A stretch of DNA of 63,933 nucleotides, the filler included, from Choristocarpus tenellus KU-1152 (taxonomy: Eukaryota; Protista; Phaeophyceae): assembly GCA_964200185.2 (NCBI GenBank). It is 11 parts of 11 records of this genome, joined end to end, with 100 filler letters (N's around TTAATTAATTAA, not from the genome) between each part and the next. Parts side by side here need not be neighbours in the genome. Positions count along the whole stretch, not along the records: positions 36,844 to 43,262 come from CAXNAD020008182.1; positions 43,363 to 50,664 come from CAXNAD020006377.1; 9 more parts are not named here. One strand, given 5' to 3'. Under the pieces are notes generated by a model. That model saw nothing but the letters and a program-made list of their open reading frames with translations, was not told the origin of the DNA and ran no database searches. Numbering within the stretch: position 1 is the first letter of the stretch; the number at the start of each line of letters is the position of its first letter. The translations under genes and the position numbers were made by a program. Positions 37,781 through 50,664 of this stretch are shown here, one piece after another.

Positions 37781-37973
37781 ATGTTTATTATAGTTAATAT
37801 TTTATAGTTATTGTTTATTACAGTTAATGTTTATTATAGTTATTGTTTATTATAGTTAATGTTTATTATTGTTATTGTTTATTATAGTTAATGTTTATTA
37901 TAGTTAATATTTATTATAGTTAGTGTTTATTATAGTTAATGTTTATTATAGTTATTGTTTATTATTGTTAATG
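37781..37973. repeat. 16-bp AT-rich minisatellite, about 12 units (intronic)
   Basis: Unit TGTTTATTATAGTTA(A/T). Confidence 0.93.
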
Positions 37974-39105
37974 TGTGGTATATTCTCCCTAAGTTTTTTC
38001 ATGGTAGGGGTTGATCTCAGGATTTAGATTTAGGTAAGAGTTTTATTTTAGGGGGGTGTGTGTGTACTATCTATATAATATATCACTGATCCAATTTTAG
38101 ATGACAGTTTGATATTCCTAAAATTTATACTGACAGACATCGATGGTAGTGGTTAGTGGTATGATCCAAGCATCTCGATATTTTTTTGTATATATATATA
38201 TATTGTGAGCAATAGTGTAATGAACCAATCTGTTGTTCAGATTTTCTTGCTGTGCCTGTAAAGATTTTAAATAATTTAAAGTGGTATTCAAATACACTTG
38301 CACACACTGGATGTACTCCAACACAGTAATCGCCTGCGAAGACTCTTTTCTTTTCTTTTTCAAATTTGTACTGACAAAGTTTGTGGGGAAAGGATGTCAC
38401 TTAAATTAAAGCATGCATATACACACAGAGAGAGAGAGAGAAGCAGGTATTTTCATTATTGTTTGCAAAAAATATGGAAGTAGACTGTAAAAAAAGTATA
38501 AAATCGGAGACCCGTTTTGAAAAAACTGTCTACATTTGTGATACTTTTCTTAATACCTGTTTTTAATCTTAATACCAGAGAGAGAGAGAGAGAGAGAGTT
38601 AATGTAATACAGTGTAATAATATTATAATAAAAACAAATATTTATATATTATTGTTAGAATCGACTCCTGTTAGAATAGTTTTTGTTTTTATTGTAGAAT
38701 AATAGTTGAGATTTTTTTTGTGACGATTTGAAGGAACAGTTTTTTAATTATTTTTTTTTGCTTGAAAGCCGATGGGCGGCTGATGTTTTTTTTTTAAATT
38801 CTACTGTCAGGTAGAGTACCGGAATATCCCCCCTGCCACAGATGTATTGTAAGGCGTTTTGATGCACTGATAAGAAATACAAGAAATAGTTGGGGTTAGG
38901 GTTAGGGTTAGGGTTAAGGTTACACTTGTAGTGTACCTCATTTGTGACACGGGGATGATTTCGATTTGTTGTATGATGCACACCTCATGTCAAGAATCTG
39001 TATGTGCCCTATCCACTCTGTTTCAACCCCCCCCCCCCCCCCCCTTAACCACTTGCTTCTTTTTCTGTCTTTTTGTTCCCCCTTTTTTTTACCCTTTTGG
39101 GATAG

Positions 39106-39178
39106 GGTTTGGGCCACGTTTTGGGCTTTATGAGGTTGATTTCACCACACAGAGGCGAACACTGAGGGATGGATCCAA
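39106..39178 (+). CDS. GH1 beta-glucosidase exon
   Basis: (G)FGPRFGLYEVDFTTQRRTLRDGS(K) is the GH1 RFGLxxVDF motif. TAG acceptor and GTAAGT donor; the phase matches the previous exon. Confidence 0.95.
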
Positions 39179-40278
39179 GTAAGTTAAGAATTTGTGTTAG
39201 GGTTGCTTGTCCCTCAATGGTGTTACAACTACCTATACACATTCATAAATACATGAAATACATACGTATGTATGTGTGTTTCAATCTCTCCTTAAATTGT
39301 TGTTATCGTTTTGGCAATGGGTCTGATCACGTTTAGTTTTTTTAATTTGTTTTTAAGTGTCTGATGGCAGTGTTTATCAAGTGTCTGATGGCAGTGTTTA
39401 TCTTTTTTTAAATTTGTTTTTAAGTGTTGGATTTTGACTGTCGAGTGCATTGATCTTATGTGTGATTTTCAATTGATCAACAAATATTAATATTGATATT
39501 AATATTGATGCTAATATTTGTTGCTGATATTGATATTGATATTAATGTTGATATTGATATTGATATTAATGTTGATCTTAATGCATACAATCACTATAAT
39601 GTTATTACAGTGCTACCACTATTCGAAGTGCTCACAGTACAAAATAACTACATTAAAAAAAAACATACATTGCTAAGAAAAAAAGAAAATAGACAGTGAT
39701 TAGGGTTAGGGTTATAGGGTAAAATATATGCGGTAAGATATATTTGAGGGAGGATAAGGTCCAACCGGTGGTGGGGGTGCTGAATAGAGCCAGTGCTGAA
39801 CCCGACAAGCAAGATAAAGGCAGGAATAGAGCCAGTCCAATTATTTCCGTTAATTGTGGAACAGTTAGGGTTAGGGTTAGGGTTAGTAGTTATGTTATTA
39901 GTGCAAGCAGTGATGTGTGTGGTTTGTGAGTAGTGCTTCTGACCACGGGTTGAGATCATTTCTGCAGCATTTTTATTATTATATCATTTTTATTTTTTAG
40001 AAGGCTCGAAAGTAGTATTATTATTAAATAATAATATAGTAATAGTGGTACAACCATAGAGCCCTAACCCTTGAGTGAGATTTTTAGAAGAAATGAAGAG
40101 AGGAGAGGAAAGTATAGACACTGTTTGACATACCAGGACCGGGATGGAATAAGTAGTATCATTGTTTATAGTAGTAGGAAGGCATGTGCGTGATGGTTGT
40201 ATACCTTGGAAGGCAAAGGTATGAGTATGTCAAGACTGAGTGAGGGGGTGCAAGTGGAGGGCAACGATCAACTCCGTT

Positions 40279-40620
40279 CTATTGGTGAAGGGAAATAATA
40301 AAAGTATGGATGGATGGATGGATGGCATTAATGTCATCCTATTGGTGAAGGGAAATAGTAAAAGTATGGATGGATGGGTGGGTGGATGTAAGGTATTAAT
40401 GTCATCCTATTGAAGACTAAACATGCACCAATGGATGTCCTATTGGTGAAGGGTAATAATAAAAGCATGGATGGATGGATGGATGGCATTAATGTCATCC
40501 TATTGGTGAAGACTAGAGATCTATGTATGTATTGAAGGTTTAATGTCATCCTATTGGTGAAGGCCAAACATTTATGTATGTATTGAAGGTATTAATGTCA
40601 TCCTACTGTTGAAGACTAAA
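40279..40620. repeat. Compound minisatellite with a conserved core and variable linkers, about 7 units (intronic)
   Basis: Core TTAATGTCATCCTATTGGTGAAG recurs about every 37-68 bp, separated by (GGAT)n- or (TATG)n-containing linkers. Confidence 0.9.
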
Positions 40621-41205
40621 GATGTGAGTATGTAAGGTGTATCTAAGGTATGTAAGGAAGCTTTAAAATGGACTATTGTGATTGGAAGTAAAGCATATAT
40701 ATATATTTTTTCAAGACCTATCCTACTTCTTCTGGCAGTAATTGCTACTACTGAAAGTAGACACCTATAGTAATTTTTTTTTTAACCAGGAATTGTCTCT
40801 GTTGTTTCAAGGAAAATCCCTACTCAGTATCATCATGTCGGAATGTTATTTCAATACCCTTTTTCAAACAAAAGGGTAGGGGTGCTCGTTGTGCATGGTA
40901 TGCTTCTTTCACCCTCTCCACCCCAATTCCCCTCCCCTACTGCCTTGATGTGTATGCGTGTGTGTGTGTATATATATATATATTTATTTATTTTTTGGGG
41001 GGGGGGGAGGGGAGAGGGTTTCTCAAGTTTTTATCTTTTTTCTGTATTGCTTGTAGAAAAAAGAGTTGAGTATGATTATATTGCTTGTAAGAGTTGAGAC
41101 ACGTGATTTGTATGATTGCATACAAGTTGTTTGCTCTATTCGCCGACAATCTTTTTATTTTACCTAATCTCTCTCTCTCTCTCTTCTTTTTTATTTTTAT
41201 TTTGG

Positions 41206-41239
<34 letters not shown>

Positions 41240-41247
41240 AACCTCAG

Positions 41248-41386
41248 GTACTTTTTAGAGGTCGTCAAGGACTACAACGAGGGGCGACTTCGCCTCTCTC
41301 GGGGTTCGCAGTCCGACTTCCTCACAAGTTTGTCAGACACAGCCCGCCAGAAGGTCAGTTTGTCCATTTGTGTCTGCCTGGCCTGA
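41248..41386 (+). CDS. GH1 beta-glucosidase C-terminal exon (ends at TGA 41384-41386, or is spliced after 41353)
   Basis: CAG acceptor after a (CA)n tract. The phase-2 join gives GSK-YFLEVVKDYNEGRLRLSRG..., the expected final GH1 helix. Confidence 0.75.
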
Positions 41387-43086
41387 CCTGCCTGGCCTAC
41401 CCTACCCCCCTCATCCGCTTGGCGTAATAGTTCCAGGTGTCTGTTCTAGGTGTCTGTGTGATTGAATTCAAGCACGTTTACTGCTAATGAATTATTCAAA
41501 GCCTTTCGCCAATGAAAACTCCATGTTGTTCACATGAGTTTGTTCTTATCGTTATCGTTCAAACTCTGTATATTATTCCGATGTCCTGATCCATCGCTCT
41601 ATAGAATATATATATATATATGTATTATATATTCTTATTATTGATATTATTTTTTTGCCGTCTTGCTTACGTACCTCGTATTCTTTTTTTAATTTTATAA
41701 TGATAGCAGCATTTGGCGAGTACAGTACTTCAAACCATCTCCTTGTGCGAACACGTGCGTGCGTGTCTGCATGCGTGTCTGCGTGCCTGAGCGCATGAGA
41801 GCATCTTTTTTTTTCTGTTTGTCTCCCTTTTGTGCAGTTATTGTCGGGGGGACTCCTGTAATCTTTTGAGCATTTTTGAGGGTTAAAACCCGGGGAGGAG
41901 GGTAGGTAGGGTTAGTGTTGCATTTTATTTTTAATTAATGCAGAAAAGGTAGAACAAAAAATGATGTAATTTTATTTTGTAGCATTGCAGTAAGAGCCTT
42001 TTTTGGCTGATTTGTGTTATCACTTTGTGCTTGTTTGATAAAGGGGGGAATGTTGATTTAGGGTTTTAACTATTTTGGACATAAAGAGTTAAATAGGGTG
42101 TATTTGCACAGATTAAGAGAGATGGGTTAGAAATCAATTTTTTTTTTTTTTTTTAAAAGGTCCAAAACTGACTTTCTCCCGATTGGTTTGACTCTAAGCG
42201 CCATTATCTATCTCAAAGCATTTGCTGACTGATACAAACTGATGACAGGCTCTTTCTGTGCAGAGCTAGCTCTCTCCATACATCGATTTGCTTAGTCTTA
42301 TTTGTTTTGAAATTTGTGTCTTCTATGACGGAATGATGTGTCCAGTATATATATATATATATCAGCAGTTTTTTGTCCAGGGTTGCTGTTTGAGTCTAAG
42401 GTCTGTATGTATATGTATGACTTTATTGATATATACGCTTTCGAGATATATACCACCTATGTGTAGGCATTGTTCATACTGTTGGTGGTATATATCAGCA
42501 TGTCATACCACTCCCCCAATCTACAGGTTATTTCTCAATGTATATCGGAAATTTCCTGGATTGGTCATGCAGTCGTTCCAGAGAAAGAGTCAGTTTTGTA
42601 CCCCTGACATTCATATATATATACAGATATATATAGGTATATACATAGAAATTAAGATTTTAAAAAAATGTAATACATAGTTGGGTTGCTTGTACACAAT
42701 TGTGGTATTTATATATTTATTATTTATTTACTTATTTATATATATATATTTATTTATTTTCCCCACCTTGCGTGTAATTTTTTTCTTTTGATTCTACCGG
42801 AAAAGAAGAATTGGACTGCAATTGTTCAAGATAGCTCTCAAGTGGTCAATTCTGAAGGTGAGAGATATGAGAGGGATGTTTACACTAGCTATGCAGTGTG
42901 TGTGGTGTTTGTTGTGGTGTTTGTTGAGACAGAGACAAATGCATAAACAGGGGGGGGGGGGGGGGGGGGGGTTTTTTTTTTTTTGTTTTTTTTTTTTCTT
43001 TTGTGTTTTTTTTTTGGTTTTTTTTTTTTTTTTTTTGGTTTTTTTTGTTTTTTTTTGTGTTTTGGGTGTAGAAGAGAAAAGGGGGT

Positions 43087-43121
<35 letters not shown>

Positions 43122-43362
43122 GTCTTTTTTTTGATGTAATTATGTATCTACTTCTGTGCTTTTGTGGGGTTTTTTTTTCATGTTTTTGATGGTGTGGAGG
43201 CGTGTTTGTAGTAAAGTGTGGAGCAGTACTGTAGGATGGGGGGGGGGCGGGGGGGGGGGGGGNNNNNNNNNNNNNNNNNNNNNNNNNNNNNNNNNNNNNN
43301 NNNNNNTTAATTAATTAANNNNNNNNNNNNNNNNNNNNNNNNNNNNNNNNNNNNNNNNNNNN

Positions 43363-43425
43363 GTCTTTGACCGAAACGGACGCCCCCTCACAAACCACCC
43401 CTCCCCCCCCCAGATACTTTGACCT
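43363..43425. mobile_element. MITE family B terminus at a contig start
   Basis: GACCGAAACGGACGCCCCCTCACAAACCACCCC...CCCAGATACTTTGACC. Confidence 0.8.
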
Positions 43426-44871
43426 GCTATCACTTAATGATATGATAACTCCCCAACAAATCCCTTTAAATCCCAAGAGGGTTTTAAATGAATATCAATT
43501 GCTAAATAGAAGAGAGAGATTTTGAAATCTTATCTACTCCAACCCAAAATTTGAACACACAAAACATCGAACACAATCCTGCCACGGGGTAGGCCCTACA
43601 ATCAACAACTTGATAAAACATAGGCTACTCATCTTTTGTGTACATGATACAATACAGTGTTACCAGTTCATACTGACTGTTGATTCGCACATCGGTACTG
43701 ATCGTTAGTCATATTTACATCATTAGCACCTCATCATAGCATCAGCATTTATTGTTAGAACATAATGGTACGTAGGAAGTATGGAACAGTCAACATCTGT
43801 CAAACATACAAGCATAGTATGTGCCATATGAATCATCCCAGATATTGATTCAACTTTGTCTCTTTGTTTCTTTTTTGATCTTCACATCAGAGCCATCAGT
43901 TGCGTCTTAGTTGATTACTCTTTTTGGCTGGCATTGTCCCTTTCTAATACTTCAAGTTCACTCTGCAGTAAGTGTAACTCTAAACATCAGGATGTAATAT
44001 ATTCAGAGTTGAAACATCCTCAAAAATCCTTCTTCACAAGGTGCCAAGCATCTACTCAGAGCATGCACTTCTTCCTTTGGGCGTCTCCAGGAACTACTCA
44101 CAACACCATACCAAATAACCTCTGACTATGCACATCATGTCACCAGGTTCATCACCATGAATTCACCAGTGCTTCTTTGCACTATCACACACCTTCACCA
44201 CAACCAACCTGCCACCGTACAAGCGCACAATTCATTCAATCCCAGGTTTCAACACAACTACTAACCCCAAATTGACCAAACTGTCCAAGACACACCAACA
44301 AACAAATGTACTTTATCCTATCCTTATTAAACAAAATACATGTACACATTCTCAATGACACACAACCATCCTATTGCCAGAGGTACTACTATTGCTGACT
44401 TCTCACTTGCAATTTGGAGAATTGCTTTCCTCAAAAACCAAATGTATATAGATATCTCCTTCATGAGGACCCCCAAGACTTGTTTCACGGTAGCAAGGGC
44501 CCTTCTACTTACCGAGCAGTGAAAGCAAACAAATAACCAGCAGAATATACCCTACAGCTAGCAGTCTTTGTTGACAACTACATGCCATTGTACTATGACA
44601 ACCCGACTGTGGCGAGGATGGATTAACATTCTGTAAGGAACACATAATGCAAAGCATAAAGTGATTTAAATCCAACTCGGAAATTAAATCCAACTCTGTA
44701 TGACTGCAGAAAAAAAAGGACCATCCAATCCTATTGTGACTCCAGAATAATTTTGTAGCAGATCATGTATCATGTAGAACTCTGGGATCCTGGTAATCAC
44801 CAGAAATGCACAAAGGCTATACTGTAAGTACAGCAGCGTTGAAGTAGGCTCAGGGTTAGCCCACTACAGTG

Positions 44872-45095
44872 TCATGGCGAACCATTGTCAGCATCATCTT
44901 GACATTGTATCTCTGCATCACCATTGCGTGCAACAACCATGAAACCTCCAACAACCAGGGTTGCTCCACAGAGTGCCAGAGGGCTAGGGATTACACCGTG
45001 TAAAAATAGATCGGTGATGAAAGCTATTGGTACAGTGAGCGACAGTCCAACTGTAGCCACAGTGGGTGTAGTGAGGACAACTGCTCGTGCCCACA
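44872..45095 (-). CDS. SLC35F5: Terminal exon of an SLC35F5-like (EamA/DMT superfamily) transporter
   Basis: (L)WARAVVLTTPTVATVGLSLTVPIAFITDLFLHGVIPSPLALCGATLVVGGFMVV...* carries the characteristic LWA.AV.LT.P.VATVGLSLT.P motif. CAG acceptor at 45096-45098. Confidence 0.88.
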
Positions 45096-45966
45096 CTGCC
45101 AAAGTATCGTGTGGATCGTTGCCATCCATAATGCAAAAACGTACAGTAGGGCATAAAGTAGAGGTGGAGGAGGGGCCAGGGTAGGGGATAGGGTAGAGGA
45201 GGAAGGATTGTCAGAACCTCCTGTTGTTCCCAACATATTGTTTCTCGATTCAATTTAGGAGTTCGTGGTGTTTGCAAATTTGGAGCACAGCCTGGAAAAA
45301 TATACATATATGGAAATTGACAAAAATAAGATGCATTTTTTGAAAAAATGAACTACTACAAAAGATTTGGATTCCTGATAAAAAATACTTCTAAATTCTT
45401 CAAAATAGTACAGAATTAAATTTACAAAACATCTATTGTAGAAAGATTGACAGGAAATATATATTTTTTCACGGTCACGATTACGGTTGGGAAAAATGTT
45501 GACAGTCGGTCTATACCGCACCTTTTCCTTCAAAAATCTACAACTGGACCATTGGCAATGTGGAGACATTGAAAAAACGTGCATAACTGTCAGAATTCCC
45601 CAACAATACCTTGGGCACTGTTCACTTTACCGTACCCTACCATCCAGATACCATTAAAGAACAATACTGTGTAGTTCTTCCAACAATGTGACCGTACCAT
45701 AACTATACCGCGCGGAAGTACACTTACCACAACCATAGAGTCCAGTGGTGCACTGACCCCCCAAAAACAATTGCAAATACGGTAACCACCTGATGCGTAA
45801 TGGTATGATTGTGGTAAATCTTCAATCCTCAACTTATCACCCATAATACTTACTGCACTATAAACGACCAATATAGGGCTATAGCCTATTACAGACAATA
45901 CAATCATCAAATATATATACATGCTACATATCCTTTTTGGACAGAGGTTAACAACAAAATAACACT

Positions 45967-46226
45967 GAGCCAAAGTATCTTAGAGGGTAGAGCCGTGTTC
46001 ATTTGAGGGCCAAATTCCAATGTTGCAATCTCAATTTAATCTTGGATATCGTATTTGTTAGGAAGTGTAAATATCCTTGTTCCGGTCATACCTTTTCATA
46101 ACGCATCCATTGTACCTACTCCAAAAAAATTTGGAGTAGGAAAATGTCATTAAAAAAAGGCTTGCGAAGACAAGCCTCAAATGGATAAACAGGGCAAAAC
46201 TCGTACCCTCTAAGATACTTTCACTC
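45967..46226 (-). mobile_element. MITE family A, full copy, within the SLC35F5-like intron
   Basis: GAGCCAAAGTATCTTAGAGGGTA ... TACCCTCTAAGATACTTTCACTC; ACT on both flanks. Confidence 0.92.
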
Positions 46227-47482
46227 ACTTGATCACCAACCCCTTCATCATTTTTAATGGAAAAACCGAACGATTGGGAGCATTTGTGAGCCACCTTGAT
46301 TGCGGCACACAACCATTTAAGAGTCACGCCGCCATCACTGACCATGCAAACAATAGGTACAATCGTAACCATACTCTGAAAATCCAAACTGCAATCATGC
46401 CATCAAAAACAGAACTCCAACCGAAGGTATGAGGTCAAATGAAAACTGCAACTGTAGCTGTACTTTAAATATTCCCTATAGATGCTACTATTTTTGAAAA
46501 ACTGAATCGTATTATCAAAATTCCCAAAGCAACTGTTTGTTGCCATGACAAAGACAACGATGGTCATTGTGACCTTGTCAGCAATCCTCGCAGTTCATAC
46601 ACCATTATATATATATATGGTTGGGCAAGCGTCCAAGATCAGAAGCCACCTGCACAGAAAATGTGGAATAGTAGATCCCTGGAAAAAAGAGTCTCCTAGT
46701 AGAAAATTGATGATTCGATGCAAAAAAATAAATAACCAAAGCATATGGCGATATTGGATACTGTAGCACTTTGAAGTATGTTCCTGCAGTGCCGAATGTA
46801 GAGTCCACAAGCACCTGTCCGAGTAGAGAGCTACCACTTGCAAACAACATTTACATTTTTAGCCAAACGTACCCGTGAATAGTGTGACTCTAGAATCAGA
46901 TCAAATTAATGGGATTGAGAGATATCCCGCTGCTAGTGCAGGTACAGGACGGAGAGGTGACTTAGTTGGAATAGGAAATATTTATATTATGTACAAGAGG
47001 TCCTTGATCTGTATTGCATCACTGTACCTCCAGAAATTGTGGAACCACTTGTATTATCCTATCTGTAGATACGGCATTGATTCCTTGCCAACCAATGGAC
47101 TTAAAAATTGCTGGAAGACTTGGAGGCCTCTCCAAAATCTACACAAATGCAGTGACATGCCATGAGACAAAATATAGATGTATTGCTGAATGGGGAGAAA
47201 AAAACTCTTCCACTCTTTCAGATAGGCATACCCAGTCCAATCTGCAATTGACGTGTGATAAAGCATGTACAAAAGCATGTCTATTTCCATTCGACTAGAA
47301 TGACACCATTGCAGACTGTACCAAGATGGACACATTTCCACCCAATAATTACAAAATGTTACCCAACACATGAAAGCCCTGGAGTCCAGATCTTACCCCT
47401 TTACAGTAGGACGAGGGGTAGAGGGATAACGGGTTGGATAAAGAAGCAAATGAAAGTAGCTTATTAATTTTGTTTAACTCAC

Positions 47483-47601
47483 ATAGCTCAGAGAGGACGT
47501 TTTCAAACATTCCTTTGCCCACGACTAGACCCAGAACTGTGAGTGAAAGTCCTGCCAATGGTTGAATCCCTGGGATCAGTATCAGAACCACAAGAATAGG
47601 C
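47483..47601 (-). CDS. SLC35F5: Penultimate exon of the SLC35F5-like transporter
   Basis: PILVVLILIPGIQPLAGLSLTVLGLVVGKGMFENVLSEL, with CAG acceptor and GTGAGT donor. The phase-1 join gives NVLSELLWARAV. Confidence 0.88.
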
Positions 47602-50593
47602 CTGCGGAAGAGAAAATAGAGTCAAAGTAATTGAGAGGCAGGAAAGGTTGCATTTTAAGGATCCTAATAAATGGACAAAACACGCTTGTTTGTACAACTG
47701 CAGAAAGGAGCTTGACTGGATTCTGGTTTCATTTTGTGTGTGGAAAGGGGGAATATCCATTTGGTGGACACTATTTTGTACATAGACCAACGAGCCCAAA
47801 ATTTGCCTCTCAAGTACTTTTGCTCAAACCCAAACCCGAACATGCAAACAATTAAGCTCAAAGGTACAGCAACTTGTAATGAGTAGCGTTCTAATGACAG
47901 CACTTTTAAAAAACACTCACGAAGGTCTATAATACAGTAACACCATTCTTCTTCACTGATTGAACACCTGCAGAGGTTAGAATCTGACCGTGACGATCTA
48001 AAAGCAAGTGCATTTACTGATCTAACATTTGCACAGGGTTGCTGAGCATCTTGTATGTTGAGCATTCAAGAGGTGATATATGAGGAATCAAACAACTACC
48101 AAATACATATATACTCCATATATATGGAGTAGATAGTATAATGGAAAAGGACAATACACTCCACATAGTGTATTCACCTGTACAAAATGTACAATAGGTC
48201 AGGCAGTGCTTTGGTTGGCAGTGACCAGCAATGACATGCAGGGACTATATTCACTGTTCAACGCTGGAATGGAGCTATGCTTTATGAACAGTAGCCATTG
48301 AAAGGTCCCACCCTGCCCACTTTCCACGGGGAATCCAGCTATCACAACCTCACACATCATTCATCCTGAGGGAGTTCGTAGTAGCAAATAACCATACCAT
48401 GCCAATCGGCAAGTTTTTGGTTAATAATAGACCGTATGTCAGGACTTGTTCTGAATGTTAAGTCATAAAGCCGTATCAAACACCTACACCCATAAACGTT
48501 AGCTCATCAGACTGTGTTGATACTGCTCAAAACAAACCATCCAATAGAGCAATATGGAGGCAACCATCAACAAAAAATCACTGACAAGAAGGTAGAAAAT
48601 AATCCTTCATTACTAGTACAAGGTCCAACACCATAGGTGCTGGATATGGATATTGGTACGATGACCTCATCTGGCCCATAATTGGACACCCCATCTTAGA
48701 TTTTTCTATCAGGGGGCTCTTCTTCGAATAGCGAAATATTTCGAAGCAATACATGCATAGGAGCATCGAGGACTACAGTAAATGGGACAACTGGAGTAAT
48801 CGGATCCAGCAAGTTGGAGAACATGTGCAATTTCCTTCGGCATACCCTGCAAAAAGAGCCTCTACCTTAGAATAGTCAACAGCAACAATATATAGGAAAA
48901 GAAAGTGGCATTGGAAAGTGAGTGTGAGCAAGATCGACCAACCGAAGCCCAAGTGTAATAATACAAGAGTTAAAAACGAGCAAAAATATGAAGGTGACAG
49001 AAGTTGAGATATTTGTAAATGGTGGTCAATTTCACCACCATGAGGTCTTGCAAGGTCAGAGATGTATCTCGACACCCAAATGATCAAAACAAATTGAGCC
49101 CACCTCGTTCAAGAGGATGAGGAATGGCACTGTAAATCTTAACTCTTGAATCAGTTGATTCGAGTAAATCGAAATTGAATCGAAAACGAAAATATCGGGA
49201 TCGATTATTCAATTGAATTATATTTTCAAATGTGGAACGCTGGGAGGAGAGAAGGGATAAACACAAGCACACAAGCACAATGAACATCTCTAGGACTGCA
49301 ACATATGCCGTAAGTGCCCAGGTGCATTTTGGTGGAGTGTGTGGCTGGTATAGCATTGAATGGGGAAGGGGTAAAAGACACCACGAAGTAAGCCTGGGGG
49401 TACCTGTTGGGGTCTACTCCAGGTATAGGCAGTGTAGGAAGCGATTAGAGATTAGAAGGATGTCAAGAATTGAACTGAAGAGAGTGACAGAGGATGTACC
49501 AACTCCTCGGTGGTCCACTTATTCCATGATGGAGCACTTCGTATATCTCAAATCCGCCGTCATTCTACACACTCCATTCCTTCTTTTTCAATGTTGTGTC
49601 ATCGTCATTAACTATGTAATAGCGTTTTATACCTATCTCTGGTCTTCTCATGTTTTAAACTATTATTTTCCTCTAGTGAGATGATGTGTATAGTAAAGAG
49701 CTGCTGCTCATTGTGAAAGAACAAGAGACTCTTGAGGGTGGCACATATGCGACAGTGTCTATATTCATCCCCACTATCATGTATGAGCGGAGATTGAGAA
49801 AGTAGTGCAAGCCTCCAGCACCTTCTAAGCCACCATCACTGAACAGGTGGAAGGGAAAAAAGCTATATACTGGTGCGGAAGGATGATGTGTCTGATTTTG
49901 GTATAGGGTAGAAGTATTCCCCAGCACTCTGACGGTGAGAACAGACAGCACATAGAATTTAAGTGGAGGCAGGTCCTGGCTACTTGCCTAGGCCACAGAT
50001 ATAAATCTGTTACGTACGGGATGCTAGCTATTGAAATTGAAGGCAGGTGGAGGCAGGTGGAGTTGGAAGTTCTAGGCGTTGTGAAGGAGGAGCACAGAAC
50101 ACAGGAGGCAGAGAATAGTCCTGTGGTGCAACTAAGCCCACACACTCATGTACTGACCAACTCGAACAGGCACAGTCCTCCCATAGAAGACAGGAGTTTG
50201 TAAGAGCTTCCCTTTCAATGTGTGTTTGGGAGAGCTCAACTGGTGTAGTGGGATATTGGAAAATACTGTCACAGGGAGCACATAGAGGAGCTACACGTGT
50301 AGATATTGATGCGTTCAAGGTCACAGGAGGGCTAACAATAATGGATATGGATAGTGCAACTTACAACCCTATAGCAGTGTTGGTGGGAAAGGAGCTGAAA
50401 ATTTCCGTTCCTAGCCAAACTTTCCCTCCGCATTTCGGCCTTTCCTGCTACACAAGCAGACTGACTTAGAGTGCCTGTTTTCATTTACTAGAATATTGCG
50501 ACTTCGAAACACCTGGATGAAGGTGGATGCATGGGAGGCTGCGGAGAACAGCAACAGAAATTATACCACCTCAACACTGTAGCAAGAATACGT

Positions 50594-50664
50594 GGCTCAA
50601 AGTATCTGGGAGGGGGGGGGCGCTGGCAATTTGAGGGTCACTTTTTTAAGTTGTGATTTTTGGG
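50594..50664. mobile_element. MITE family B terminus at a contig end
   Basis: GGCTCAAAGTATCTGGGAGGGGGGG... Confidence 0.7.

Noticed and set aside
38890-38918. True chromosome telomere
   Set aside because: Only a few units, internal to an intron, and tracts occur in both orientations across the window.
40279-40620. CRISPR array
   Set aside because: The spacers are homologous to one another and microsatellite-like, spacing is irregular, there are no cas genes, and it lies in a eukaryotic intron.
42822-43262. Gly/Phe-rich ORFs (also 37294-37739, 6137-6548, 25094-25447)
   Set aside because: These are translations of low-quality poly-G/T homopolymer sequence near contig ends or gaps.
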